The notes under the pieces were generated by a model. The model made no database searches. It was not told the origin of the DNA and saw only the letters and a list, made by a program, of their open reading frames with translations. The translations under genes and the position numbers were made by a program. DNA of 36,589 nucleotides from Kofleriaceae bacterium (lineage in GTDB: Bacteria; Myxococcota_A; Polyangia; Haliangiales; Haliangiaceae), in contig DAIRFU010000003.1 of NCBI GenBank assembly GCA_036794935.1, positions 1-36,589 of the forward strand. Direction: 5' to 3'. Every line of letters starts with the position of its first letter. Within the stretch, counting starts at the first letter, position 1. Positions 1-9,051 of this stretch are shown one piece after another.

Positions 1-729
1 ATCGAGCAGATCCGCGAGGAGGCGCGCGAGCCGCTCGGCGTTGCGGTGCAGGCCATCGACGAGCTTCGGCGCGATCTGGGGGTCGGCGTGTGCGCCCGCC
101 ATCAGGGTCTCCGCGTTGGCGCGGATCACCGCGACGGGCGTGCGCAGCTCGTGGGAGACGTTCGCGACGAAGTCGCGCCGCACGCTCTCGAGCCGGCGCA
201 CCGTCGTGACGTCCTCGAGCAGCAGCACGCGGCCGGCACGGCCCCACGTGCGCGCGGCGCGGATCAGAGCGCGCGGCCCGTGCGGCAGCTGGACCTCGGC
301 GCTCGCATCGTCGGGGCGCCCGATCAGCGCGGCCAGCTCCGGCACGCGAACGAACTCGAGCAGCGGCTCGCCGACGAGCGAGCTCTGGACGCCGAGCATG
401 CGGCGCGCGGCATCGTTGAGCATCTCGATGCGGCGCTCGTCGTCGATCGCGATCACGCCCTGGGTGAGCACGTCGGCGACCGACGCGAGCAGCGTCCGCT
501 CGTGGCCGAGCGCGCGCCGGTTGCGTTGCCCGTCCTCGGCGAGCGCGTTGATCCAGCCCGCCAGCTCGCGCAGCTCACCGGGCAGCGACAGCATCGAGAT
601 CCGGCGCGTCGGATGGCGTGCGAGGTCGTGGGCCGCGCGCGCGAGGCGGTCGACCCGGCGGCGCATCACGACCGTGGTCACGAGCACCGCGACGCCGACC
701 AGCACGAGCGTGACCAGCGCGTGCATCAT
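1..729 (-). CDS. Sensor histidine kinase, N-terminal part (TM helix, HAMP/PAS-like region, HisKA H-box); the 3' end runs off the window
   Basis: This gene is absent from the ORF track because it has no in-window stop. My reverse-strand translation from the ATG at 729 reads MMHALVTLVLVGVAVLVTTVVMRRR... and continues through ...RRDFVANVSHELRTPVAVIRANAETL (classical H-box) with no stop down to position 1. Its ATG overlaps the TGA of the upstream regulator (ATGA at 726-729). Confidence 0.85.
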   Translation of the reverse strand, partial: MMHALVTLVLVGVAVLVTTVVMRRRVDRLARAAHDLARHPTRRISMLSLPGELRELAGWINALAEDGQRNRRALGHERTLLASVADVLTQGVIAIDDERRIEMLNDAARRMLGVQSSLVGEPLLEFVRVPELAALIGRPDDASAEVQLPHGPRALIRAARTWGRAGRVLLLEDVTTVRRLESVRRDFVANVSHELRTPVAVIRANAETLMAGAHADPQIAPKLVDGLHRNAERLARLLADLLD

Positions 730-1433
730 GTATCGCCCTCGTCGGGGGAGCTCTTGAACCGATAGCCGACGCCGCGCAGCGTCTCGATGTACGCGCCGGC
801 GTCGCCGAGCTTCTCGCGCAGCCGCTTGACGTGCGTATCGACGGTGCGCGTCGTGACGTCGGCATCGATGCCCCACACGTCGCCGAGCAACGTCTCGCGC
901 GTCTGCACACGGCCGCGGCGCGACATGAACGCGTGGAGCAGCTTGAACTCGAGCGCGGTCAGCGACAGCTCGGCCTTGTCGACCCACGCGCGGTGCCCAT
1001 CGCGATCGAGCTCGAGGCGGCCGAACCGTAGCAGCGCCGGCTCGCCCTCGGCGCGCTGCGCGCGGTGCCGGAGCTGGGCGCGGATCCGCAGCACGAGCTC
1101 GCGCACGCTGAACGGCTTGACCACGTAGTCGTCGGCGCCGACCTCGAAACCGACGACGCGATCGATCTCCTCGCCCTTCGCCGTGCACATGATGACCGCG
1201 ACGTCGCGCGTCTTGTCCTGCTCGCGCAGGCGCCGGCAGAGCTCGGTGCCGCTGAGATCCGGCAGCATGAGATCGAGCACGATGATGTCGGGCACCGGCT
1301 CGGCGAGCGCGGCGGCGAGGCCATCGCGGCCGTTGTGCGCGACGCGCGTCTTGAAGCCCTCGGAGCGAAGGTTGTATTCGAGCGTCGTCGCGAGATCGAC
1401 CTCGTCTTCGATCACCAGGACCAGTCCGCTCAT
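726..1433 (-). CDS. OmpR/PhoB-family two-component response regulator (REC plus winged-helix DNA-binding domain)
   Basis: 235 aa. The receiver region reads VLVIEDEVD...IIVLDLMLPDLSG...KPF. The C-terminal part, LTALEFKLLHAF...VDTHVKRLREKL...IETLRGVGYRF, is a typical trans_reg_C domain. The gene is translationally coupled to the downstream kinase. Confidence 0.93.
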   Translation of the reverse strand: MSGLVLVIEDEVDLATTLEYNLRSEGFKTRVAHNGRDGLAAALAEPVPDIIVLDLMLPDLSGTELCRRLREQDKTRDVAVIMCTAKGEEIDRVVGFEVGADDYVVKPFSVRELVLRIRAQLRHRAQRAEGEPALLRFGRLELDRDGHRAWVDKAELSLTALEFKLLHAFMSRRGRVQTRETLLGDVWGIDADVTTRTVDTHVKRLREKLGDAGAYIETLRGVGYRFKSSPDEGDT

Positions 1434-1478
1434 GTCCTGCGTTTAGCACGTCGTGTGTGACGGCCGCGTGACGGTGGC

Positions 1479-2624
1479 GTGGCCAGCGAGAAACAGCGGT
1501 GTATGGTGCGCCGGATGAGTGTTTCCGAGTGGATGCCCGAATGGTTGTTAGTCATGGGCCCAGGCGGACTTGCCGCGTGGCAGTGGATCGGACTCGCGAT
1601 CGTCATCCTGCTTGCCTGGATCATCGGCCGGACCGGCGCCTGGGTGATCGCCTGGACCGCCGCGAGGATCGCCGGCCGCACGTCGACCTCGGTCGACGAC
1701 GAGCTCCTCGTCAAGCTGCGGTCGCCGATGCGGATGCTCGCCTCGGTCGGCCTCATGCGCCTCGGCATCCTCGCGCTCGCGCTGCCGGCGAAGCCGAACA
1801 AGCTCGCGATCTCGATCTTGCTCGCCCTGTTCGCGCTCGCGCTGGTGTGGGGAGCGCTGCGCTCGATCGACGTGATGTCGGCGCACCTGACCCGGGCGTC
1901 GTGGGCCATCGAGCGGCCGAGCGCACGTTCGCTGCTCGCGCTGGTCACGCGCGTCGCGAAGGTCGTGATCATCGTGATCGCGGGCATCGGCTTCATGAGT
2001 GGCATCGGCCTACCCGTCGCCAGCTTGCTCGCCGGTCTCGGCATCGGCGGCATCGCGCTCGCGTTCGGCGCCCAGAAGACGGTCGAGAACGTGTTCGGCG
2101 CGGTCGCGATCGGCGTCGACCGGCCGTTCCGTGAGGGCGACTTCGTGCTCGTCGAGGCCGACACGATGGGGACGGTCGAGGCGATCGGCCTGCGCTCGAC
2201 GCGATTTCGCACCCTCGATCGCACGGTGGTCACGCTGCCGAACGGGCGGCTCGCCGACATGCGGATCGAGACGTTCGCGCTGCGCGACCGGATCCGGCTG
2301 CAGACCGTGCTGAACCTGGTCTACGAGACCACGGCGGCGCAGATGCGCGAGGTGCTCGCCGGCCTCGACGACGTGCTGCGCAAGCACCCGAAGATCGTGC
2401 CCGAGAGTGTGGAGCCGCGCTTCATCCAGCTCGGCCAGTCGTCGCTCGACGTCGAGGTCATCTGCTACTTCAAGGAGACTGATTTCGGCAAGTTCAAGGT
2501 GCTCCGCCAGGACGTGCTGCTCCAGCTCATGGAGGTCGTCGAGCGCGCCGGCACCCACTTCGCGATGCCGACCCGCACCGTGCACCTCGTCGGTGATACA
2601 ACCCGCGCCCATGTTGACCGGTAA
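1479..2624 (+). CDS. Mechanosensitive ion channel protein (MscS family)
   Basis: 381-aa ORF with N-terminal TM helices followed by the MscS core GIGGIALAFGAQKTVENVFGAV...GDFV...GTVEAIGLRSTRFRTLDRTVVTLPNG. The true start may be an internal Met or GTG. Confidence 0.88.
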   Translation: MASEKQRCMVRRMSVSEWMPEWLLVMGPGGLAAWQWIGLAIVILLAWIIGRTGAWVIAWTAARIAGRTSTSVDDELLVKLRSPMRMLASVGLMRLGILALALPAKPNKLAISILLALFALALVWGALRSIDVMSAHLTRASWAIERPSARSLLALVTRVAKVVIIVIAGIGFMSGIGLPVASLLAGLGIGGIALAFGAQKTVENVFGAVAIGVDRPFREGDFVLVEADTMGTVEAIGLRSTRFRTLDRTVVTLPNGRLADMRIETFALRDRIRLQTVLNLVYETTAAQMREVLAGLDDVLRKHPKIVPESVEPRFIQLGQSSLDVEVICYFKETDFGKFKVLRQDVLLQLMEVVERAGTHFAMPTRTVHLVGDTTRAHVDR

Positions 2625-2961
2625 GCAGCGCCGCCACCTCCGTGCCCTCGGGCACGAGCTCAAGCCGATCGTGCAGGTCGGCAAGGACGGCATCGACGAG
2701 GGCCTCGTGGCCGCCCTCGACCAGGCGCTCGCCGATCACGAGCTCGTGAAGATCAAGATCGGCGAGGGCGCCGGGCTCGACCGCCGCGCGGCGGCGGAGG
2801 AGCTGGCGAGCCAGACCCACAGCGAGGTCGCCCAGGTACTCGGCAACACCGTGCTGCTCTATCGCGCCGACCCGGAGGATCCGAAGATCAAGCTGGTGCG
2901 TGGTGCCTCGGTCCCCGAGTCGGGCGCGGACGATGACGACGACGAGGACGACGACGACTAG
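2611..2961 (+). CDS. yhbY: YhbY/CRM-domain RNA-binding protein with a poly-Asp/Glu C-terminal tail
   Basis: The start is taken at the ATG at 2611, inside track ORF 2407..2961. The product begins MLTGKQRRHLRALGHELKPIVQVGKDGIDEGLVAALDQALADHELVKIKI, which is the YhbY signature. The gene overlaps the MscS stop by 14 nt. The protein ends in ...ESGADDDDDEDDDD. Confidence 0.85.
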   Translation: MLTGKQRRHLRALGHELKPIVQVGKDGIDEGLVAALDQALADHELVKIKIGEGAGLDRRAAAEELASQTHSEVAQVLGNTVLLYRADPEDPKIKLVRGASVPESGADDDDDEDDDD

Positions 2962-2964
2962 CGC

Positions 2965-4236
2965 TCAGCGGCGGCGGCGGCGGCCGAGCACGGCGAGCAG
3001 GCCGAGCGCGAGGAGCGCGCCCGCGTGGCCACCGCCGGCATTGCAGCCACCGACGATGTCGCCGTTGTCGAGCGCGTCCTGATCGCCGTCACCGGTGCTG
3101 CTGCCTGCGCCCGAGCCGGTGTCGTCGCCCGGTGGGGGCGCGCCCTGCATCACGGTGACGGTGCGCGTCTCGGACTCGATGTTCTTGCCGTCGCTGATCT
3201 CGACGACGATCGTGTGCTGGCCCTCGGCCAGCGTCGACGACGTGACGAACGTGAACGGCCCGGCGCCGGCCTGCATGTCGGCCTGCGCGCCGTCGATCTT
3301 GAGCACCGCCCCGGCGACCGCGATGTTGTCGCTGCCGGACGCCTTGACCTCGAAGCCGGGCGGCACCGTCGCATTGTCCGACGGCGACGACCACACCATC
3401 GTCGGCGCGACCGCGTCCGAGGTGCCGAGCCGCTCGCGCAGCAGCGCGACCGAGTTCTGGTTCGCGCGGCACTGCGAGCCGTTGATGCCGCACACGCGCT
3501 GCGTGCTCTCGCCGCAGCTCGCGGTCTGATCCTGGAACGCGCGGTTGCCGTTGTACTGCAGGTACGTCATCGGATCCGACGCGAGCAGCTCGTGATCGAG
3601 GCCGTAGCTGTGCGCGACCTCCTGCGCCATGATCTCGCACGCCTCGCGCGGCGTGAAGTTGAACGCGCCGGTGAACGTGAACACGACCGAGTTCTCGATG
3701 ATCGAGCAATCGAGCGTGAACGGCGACACGCCGGCGACGTTCTGAGGCATGCCGACCTGCGTCGGCGAGCCGCCGAACACGGCCTCCATGTGCGGCACGT
3801 TGCCGGGATCGGTGTCGACGACCTGGACGTCGAACTGGGCGAACAGACCGCGGAAGCAGTCGACCGTGGTCTGCCAGTCCGCGGCGCTCACGGTCCACGG
3901 CTGGAACGTCGTCGTCTGCGTGACGATCGTCGAGCGGTTCGTGCGCGAGTCGTTGTTGCCTGGCGACAGCGTGACGCCGTTCTTGTTGAGATAGATGATG
4001 CGGCTCTGCGCGACGGCCTGGATGCCACCGCTGACGACCGGCGTGGACTCCTGCTGCGGCAGGACCTGGCGCGCCATGATGAGCCCGTCGCCGCGGACGT
4101 CGCCGACGAACTCGTGCATGGAGGCCCCTCCCACGCCGTCCTGCCAGACAGGCCGAAGGCCGTCCGCGGTTGCGAGGGAAGGAACCAGGAGGAGCGCGCC
4201 CATTACGCCGAGCTTCATGGGGCCGACAAAGATCAC
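2965..4236 (-). CDS. Secreted metzincin-like protein (variant QExxHxxGxxH motif) with an Ig-like domain and a MYXO-CTERM-type sorting tail
   Basis: 423 aa. It has an N-terminal signal peptide (..LLLVPSLATADG) and the motif AQEVAHSYGLDHE. An Ig-like segment (ATVPPGFEVKASGSDNIAVAGAVLKIDG...) follows. The C-terminus is GGCNAGGGHAGALLALGLLAVLGRRRRR. The start could instead be the Met at 4218. Confidence 0.8.
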   Translation of the reverse strand: MIFVGPMKLGVMGALLLVPSLATADGLRPVWQDGVGGASMHEFVGDVRGDGLIMARQVLPQQESTPVVSGGIQAVAQSRIIYLNKNGVTLSPGNNDSRTNRSTIVTQTTTFQPWTVSAADWQTTVDCFRGLFAQFDVQVVDTDPGNVPHMEAVFGGSPTQVGMPQNVAGVSPFTLDCSIIENSVVFTFTGAFNFTPREACEIMAQEVAHSYGLDHELLASDPMTYLQYNGNRAFQDQTASCGESTQRVCGINGSQCRANQNSVALLRERLGTSDAVAPTMVWSSPSDNATVPPGFEVKASGSDNIAVAGAVLKIDGAQADMQAGAGPFTFVTSSTLAEGQHTIVVEISDGKNIESETRTVTVMQGAPPPGDDTGSGAGSSTGDGDQDALDNGDIVGGCNAGGGHAGALLALGLLAVLGRRRRR

Positions 4237-4399
4237 GGAACATGCCAGCTAGGGCACGTTGTCCCCAGCAATGCGTTTGTCGAGGCGCTGCCAGGACTTG
4301 GCGCTCCAGAGGCCCGTTTGCGCGAATCGTGCAATCAGCTACTTGGCGCGTTTGCCTGGGGGAGCGCCTGGGGGCGGTGGCGACGCGGCCCCCGCCTGG

Positions 4400-5710
<1,311 letters not shown>

Positions 5711-5728
5711 GCCCCGGGTATAGCGCGT

Positions 5729-6403
5729 TCAGCGCAGCGGTACGAGCGTCGCTGCCGCGGCCTGCGCCGCCTGGAACAGCAGCTCGATGCGCGGCTCGCT
5801 CGCCTGTGCGCGCACGACGACCGTCTCCTGCTCGTCGAGCGGGACCGTGTAGAAGATCTGGCGCCACTGCTTGCCGTCGTGCTCGTACGCGCACTCGGTG
5901 AAGCTCATGTCCCCGACCCGGCCCTGCTTGACGAGCCGCTGGTACGGCGCCGGGTTGATCACGACCTCCTCGGCGGCCACCGAGCGCGGCAAGAACGCGA
6001 TGAACTCGTCGCGCGCGCCGACCGCGTGCAGCTCGAAGTACGGATCCGAATCGCCCGGCTGCGCCGGTACGAGCACGACGCCGACCGGCAGCTCGACCAT
6101 CACGCCCGCGGCGAGCGCCGACCACTCGACGTGCGGCAGCCCGGTGTCGACGCGCAAGAACACCGCCTCGAGCTCGACGCCGTCCGCCAGCTCGAGCAGC
6201 GGGCCCGCCTCGCCGTACTTCGCCAGGCTTCCCGCCAGCCAGCTCGCCGCGCCCTGGGCCGGCGCATCGCTCGGCGTGATCCGCGCGACCTCGCGCTCGC
6301 CGCGCAGCAGTACCAGCTCGCGATCCTCGGTCACCATCACGCGAATCGCGGGCGACGGCGACAGCAAGAACCCATGACCACCAATCCCGTACGTAGCTTG
6401 CAT
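5729..6403 (-). CDS. Hypothetical protein
   Basis: The start is taken at the ATG at 6403 (MQATYGIGGHGF...), inside track ORF 5729..6802. The upstream part of that ORF is Arg-rich and overlaps the preceding gene. Codon bias is good and I recognise no motif. It probably shares an operon with the genes at 6454..7167 and 4400..5710. Confidence 0.6.
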   Translation of the reverse strand: MQATYGIGGHGFLLSPSPAIRVMVTEDRELVLLRGEREVARITPSDAPAQGAASWLAGSLAKYGEAGPLLELADGVELEAVFLRVDTGLPHVEWSALAAGVMVELPVGVVLVPAQPGDSDPYFELHAVGARDEFIAFLPRSVAAEEVVINPAPYQRLVKQGRVGDMSFTECAYEHDGKQWRQIFYTVPLDEQETVVVRAQASEPRIELLFQAAQAAAATLVPLR

Positions 6404-6453
6404 ACCGGCGCGGACCTTGCGACCGGCCGGCCCGGAGGTCAACAGAAAATCGC

Positions 6454-7167
6454 CTACACGGCGAGCAGCTGGCGCATCGTCGCGATGACGTCGCGCAGGC
6501 GGACGGGCTTGTCGAGGAACACCGAGGCACCGGCCCTGAGCGCCGCGCTGCGTGCGCTGGGACCGCCGGCCGACATCGTGATGATCGGCAGCGTGGTGAG
6601 GCCGAGCGCGGTGCGGGCCTGCTGGATCAGGCTCGGGCCGTCGAGCACGGGCAGGTAGACATCGACGATCGCGGCGTCGAACGAGCGAGTCTTGAGCAGC
6701 TCGAGCGCGACCGCGCCGTTCTCGGCGGTCGCGAACGCGAACGTGACGTCGCGCAGCTCGCGGCGGGTCGAGCCGGCGAGACCCTGGCAGACCATCTCGC
6801 ACAGGTGCTTGTTGTCCTCGACGACGAGCACGTTGACGACCGGCGCGACGAGCTTGGGGTCGCGATCGCGCACGCGCTGCACGAGGGCCGCGAGGCGGGC
6901 CCGGCCGCCTTCGAGCAGCGCGAGGTCGAGGCCGCCCTCGGGAGTCTGCTGGACGAGCGCGTCGAGCACGATCGGCTGCAACAGCCCCGGAAACGCGAGG
7001 CCGATCTCGATGATCGTGCCGATCGCGACGGCGCGTGTGGTCTCGACGAACAGTGTCGAGCCGCGGAGGTTGTTCTCGTGATCGGCGAGGAAGTCGTCGA
7101 CCGTCGGGTAGTCGACGATGAGCCGGAGCAGCTCCTTGTGTGCGGGGCGGCGATCGAGCTGCCCCAT
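6454..7167 (-). CDS. PilZ-like (degenerate) domain fused to a canonical receiver (REC) domain
   Basis: The start is taken at the ATG at 7167 (MGQLDRRPAHKELLRLIVDY...NNLRGSTLFVETT...GTIIEIGLAFPG), which resembles the myxobacterial PilZ-like paralogous domain. The C-terminal REC reads VLVVEDNKH...AAIVDVYLPVLDG...ITMSAGG...FLDKP. Confidence 0.8.
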   Translation of the reverse strand: MGQLDRRPAHKELLRLIVDYPTVDDFLADHENNLRGSTLFVETTRAVAIGTIIEIGLAFPGLLQPIVLDALVQQTPEGGLDLALLEGGRARLAALVQRVRDRDPKLVAPVVNVLVVEDNKHLCEMVCQGLAGSTRRELRDVTFAFATAENGAVALELLKTRSFDAAIVDVYLPVLDGPSLIQQARTALGLTTLPIITMSAGGPSARSAALRAGASVFLDKPVRLRDVIATMRQLLAV

Positions 7168-7274
7168 CTTCGTCGTGCGTCTAGGACGTTCCAACTTCAG
7201 CTTTGAGCCAGCACGCGTGCGCGCCAGCGTTCCCCCGGTGGAGCATTGTAGACCAAGCGGGCAGGCGCGTGAAG

Positions 7275-8894
7275 CTACTTGATGCGGCGGCGGCGCATCG
7301 CACACAGCGCGACGAGTGCGATCACCAGCATACCGCGCGGGTTGCCGCCCGCCGAGCAGGCGTACTGGTGATCGAACCCGTCGTCGTACACACCATCGCC
7401 GTAGGGCTCATCCGCGCCGCAGGTCGCGAGCGTGGTGTCGCCGGTCGCGCCGATCGCCCGCAGGTTCGCGAGATACAGGTCGATCAGCGCGATATCGGCG
7501 GTGACATCCGGATCCTCGTGGGTCTCGTTCCACGCCACGGCGCTGGTGCGAGTGGCCTGGAGAGCCGCTGCCGCGCAGTCGGGGTCGGGGCTGCGCGTCG
7601 CGAAGCGCAGGCCGAGGAAGACGTTGTACATGGCGAGGCGCTCGGCCAGCTCTGGCATCGACAGGTACGTCTCGGCCGGCGTCTCGGCGGGGTCGCCAGG
7701 GTAGGCGAGCGTGATCCGTTGCGTCAGGATCTCCGACGATCCGGGCAGCCGGTACGTCAGCTCGAGATCGGCGACCGTGCCATCGCTGTTCGCGCCGGTG
7801 GGCGTCAGGTGGACGAACAGCATGCTGCCGCCGCCGCGGCGGTCCGGATCGGGGGCCTGCGAGGTGCGGCTGGCGACGAACACCGCCGGGATCGCGACCT
7901 CGCCGGCCGTCGGTGTCGCGGTCCACATCGACGTACCGACCACCTCGCCGAGCTGCCAGCCACTACCGGCGGCGGCCGTGACGTGGACGTCGAGCGCGAG
8001 CGGGGTGACGAAGTAATCGAGCTCCTGCTCGAACACCTCGGTCGCCGCCGCCGCGTCCTCGAGGAAGTAGAAGTTGCCGGCGCCGTGCTCGGCGAGGCCG
8101 CGCATCAGCGAGACGTCGAACGACAGGCCGACACCGATCGTGGTGAGGCCGATGCCTTGCTCGATGTAGCCGTCGGTCATCTCGATGATGGCGGGCGTGC
8201 TCGTGTTGCCCGCGGTCGCCATGCCGTCGGACAGGAAGATGACGCGGCTCTGGCGCTCGTTCGAGTGCACCTCGGCCGCGAGCGACAGACCGGCGGACAG
8301 GCCGTCGTAGATGTTCGTCGCACCGCGCGGCGTGAGGCTCGTGATGATCGCGTGCAGCTCGTCCTTGTTCGTCGTCTCGGCGAACGGCGCGAGCACGTCG
8401 ACCGTGTCGTCGAACTCGACGAGCGCGAGGCGATCGCCCTCGCCGAGGTTGTCGACGAGCGCGTGCAGGCCGACCTTGACCTTGTCGAGCCGCTGGTCGT
8501 CCCACATCGAGCCCGAGTGATCGACGACGACCACGAGGTCGAGCGGCCGGCGCACGATGGTGGTCGGATCGACGTTCGTGTTGACCGCGATCTGGAGCGT
8601 CGCCTGGTGCGCGCCGGTCAGCCAGTCGCGGCCGACCGCCACGCCGGGCGTCAGGCACAGGACGTCGGTGCACTCCGTCGCCGGCGGCGCGTTGAAGTGC
8701 TCGTTGAAGAAGCCGTTCGCGTCGAGGGTGTCGGGGCCGGGCAGCTCGCCGTTCTCGAGGATGCCGCGAAACTCGCCGATATCCTGCTGGCCGCCGAAGC
8801 TGACGCCGCCGCCGCCGTTCGAATCGCCGGAGGGCGCGCCACTGCCGGCGCACGCGGAGGCCGTGAGGAAGACAATGCCGAGCCATCTGGTCAT
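7275..8894 (-). CDS. von Willebrand factor A (VWA) domain lipoprotein with a MYXO-CTERM-type tail
   Basis: The start is taken at the ATG at 8894 (MTRWLGIVFLTASAC, lipobox), inside track ORF 7275..9581. The MIDAS motif is VVVVDHSGSM, followed by ...TPRGATNIYDGL...VIFLSDGMAT. The C-terminus is ACSAGGNPRGMLVIALVALCAMRRRRIK. Confidence 0.85.
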   Translation of the reverse strand: MTRWLGIVFLTASACAGSGAPSGDSNGGGGVSFGGQQDIGEFRGILENGELPGPDTLDANGFFNEHFNAPPATECTDVLCLTPGVAVGRDWLTGAHQATLQIAVNTNVDPTTIVRRPLDLVVVVDHSGSMWDDQRLDKVKVGLHALVDNLGEGDRLALVEFDDTVDVLAPFAETTNKDELHAIITSLTPRGATNIYDGLSAGLSLAAEVHSNERQSRVIFLSDGMATAGNTSTPAIIEMTDGYIEQGIGLTTIGVGLSFDVSLMRGLAEHGAGNFYFLEDAAAATEVFEQELDYFVTPLALDVHVTAAAGSGWQLGEVVGTSMWTATPTAGEVAIPAVFVASRTSQAPDPDRRGGGSMLFVHLTPTGANSDGTVADLELTYRLPGSSEILTQRITLAYPGDPAETPAETYLSMPELAERLAMYNVFLGLRFATRSPDPDCAAAALQATRTSAVAWNETHEDPDVTADIALIDLYLANLRAIGATGDTTLATCGADEPYGDGVYDDGFDHQYACSAGGNPRGMLVIALVALCAMRRRRIK

Positions 8895-9051
8895 GGGCTG
8901 GCCTTCAGCAACCGGGGTGCCAGTGTGGCCGCGCGACGATTCCGCGAGCACCCGCACGCAGTTGCGCGCCCCGGCCGGCACCGGGCCGCAGGGCGCGAGA
9001 TCCGGCGGGATCCGGCAAGCCACGACATCGGTGTCGTAGGATGCGCCGGTC

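Noticed and set aside
1-1433. Naming the kinase/regulator pair phoR/phoB
   Set aside because: The architecture (TM-HAMP/PAS-HisKA plus an OmpR-type regulator) fits, but it is shared by many paralogous systems. No pst/pho genes or Pho boxes are visible nearby, so no symbol is assigned.
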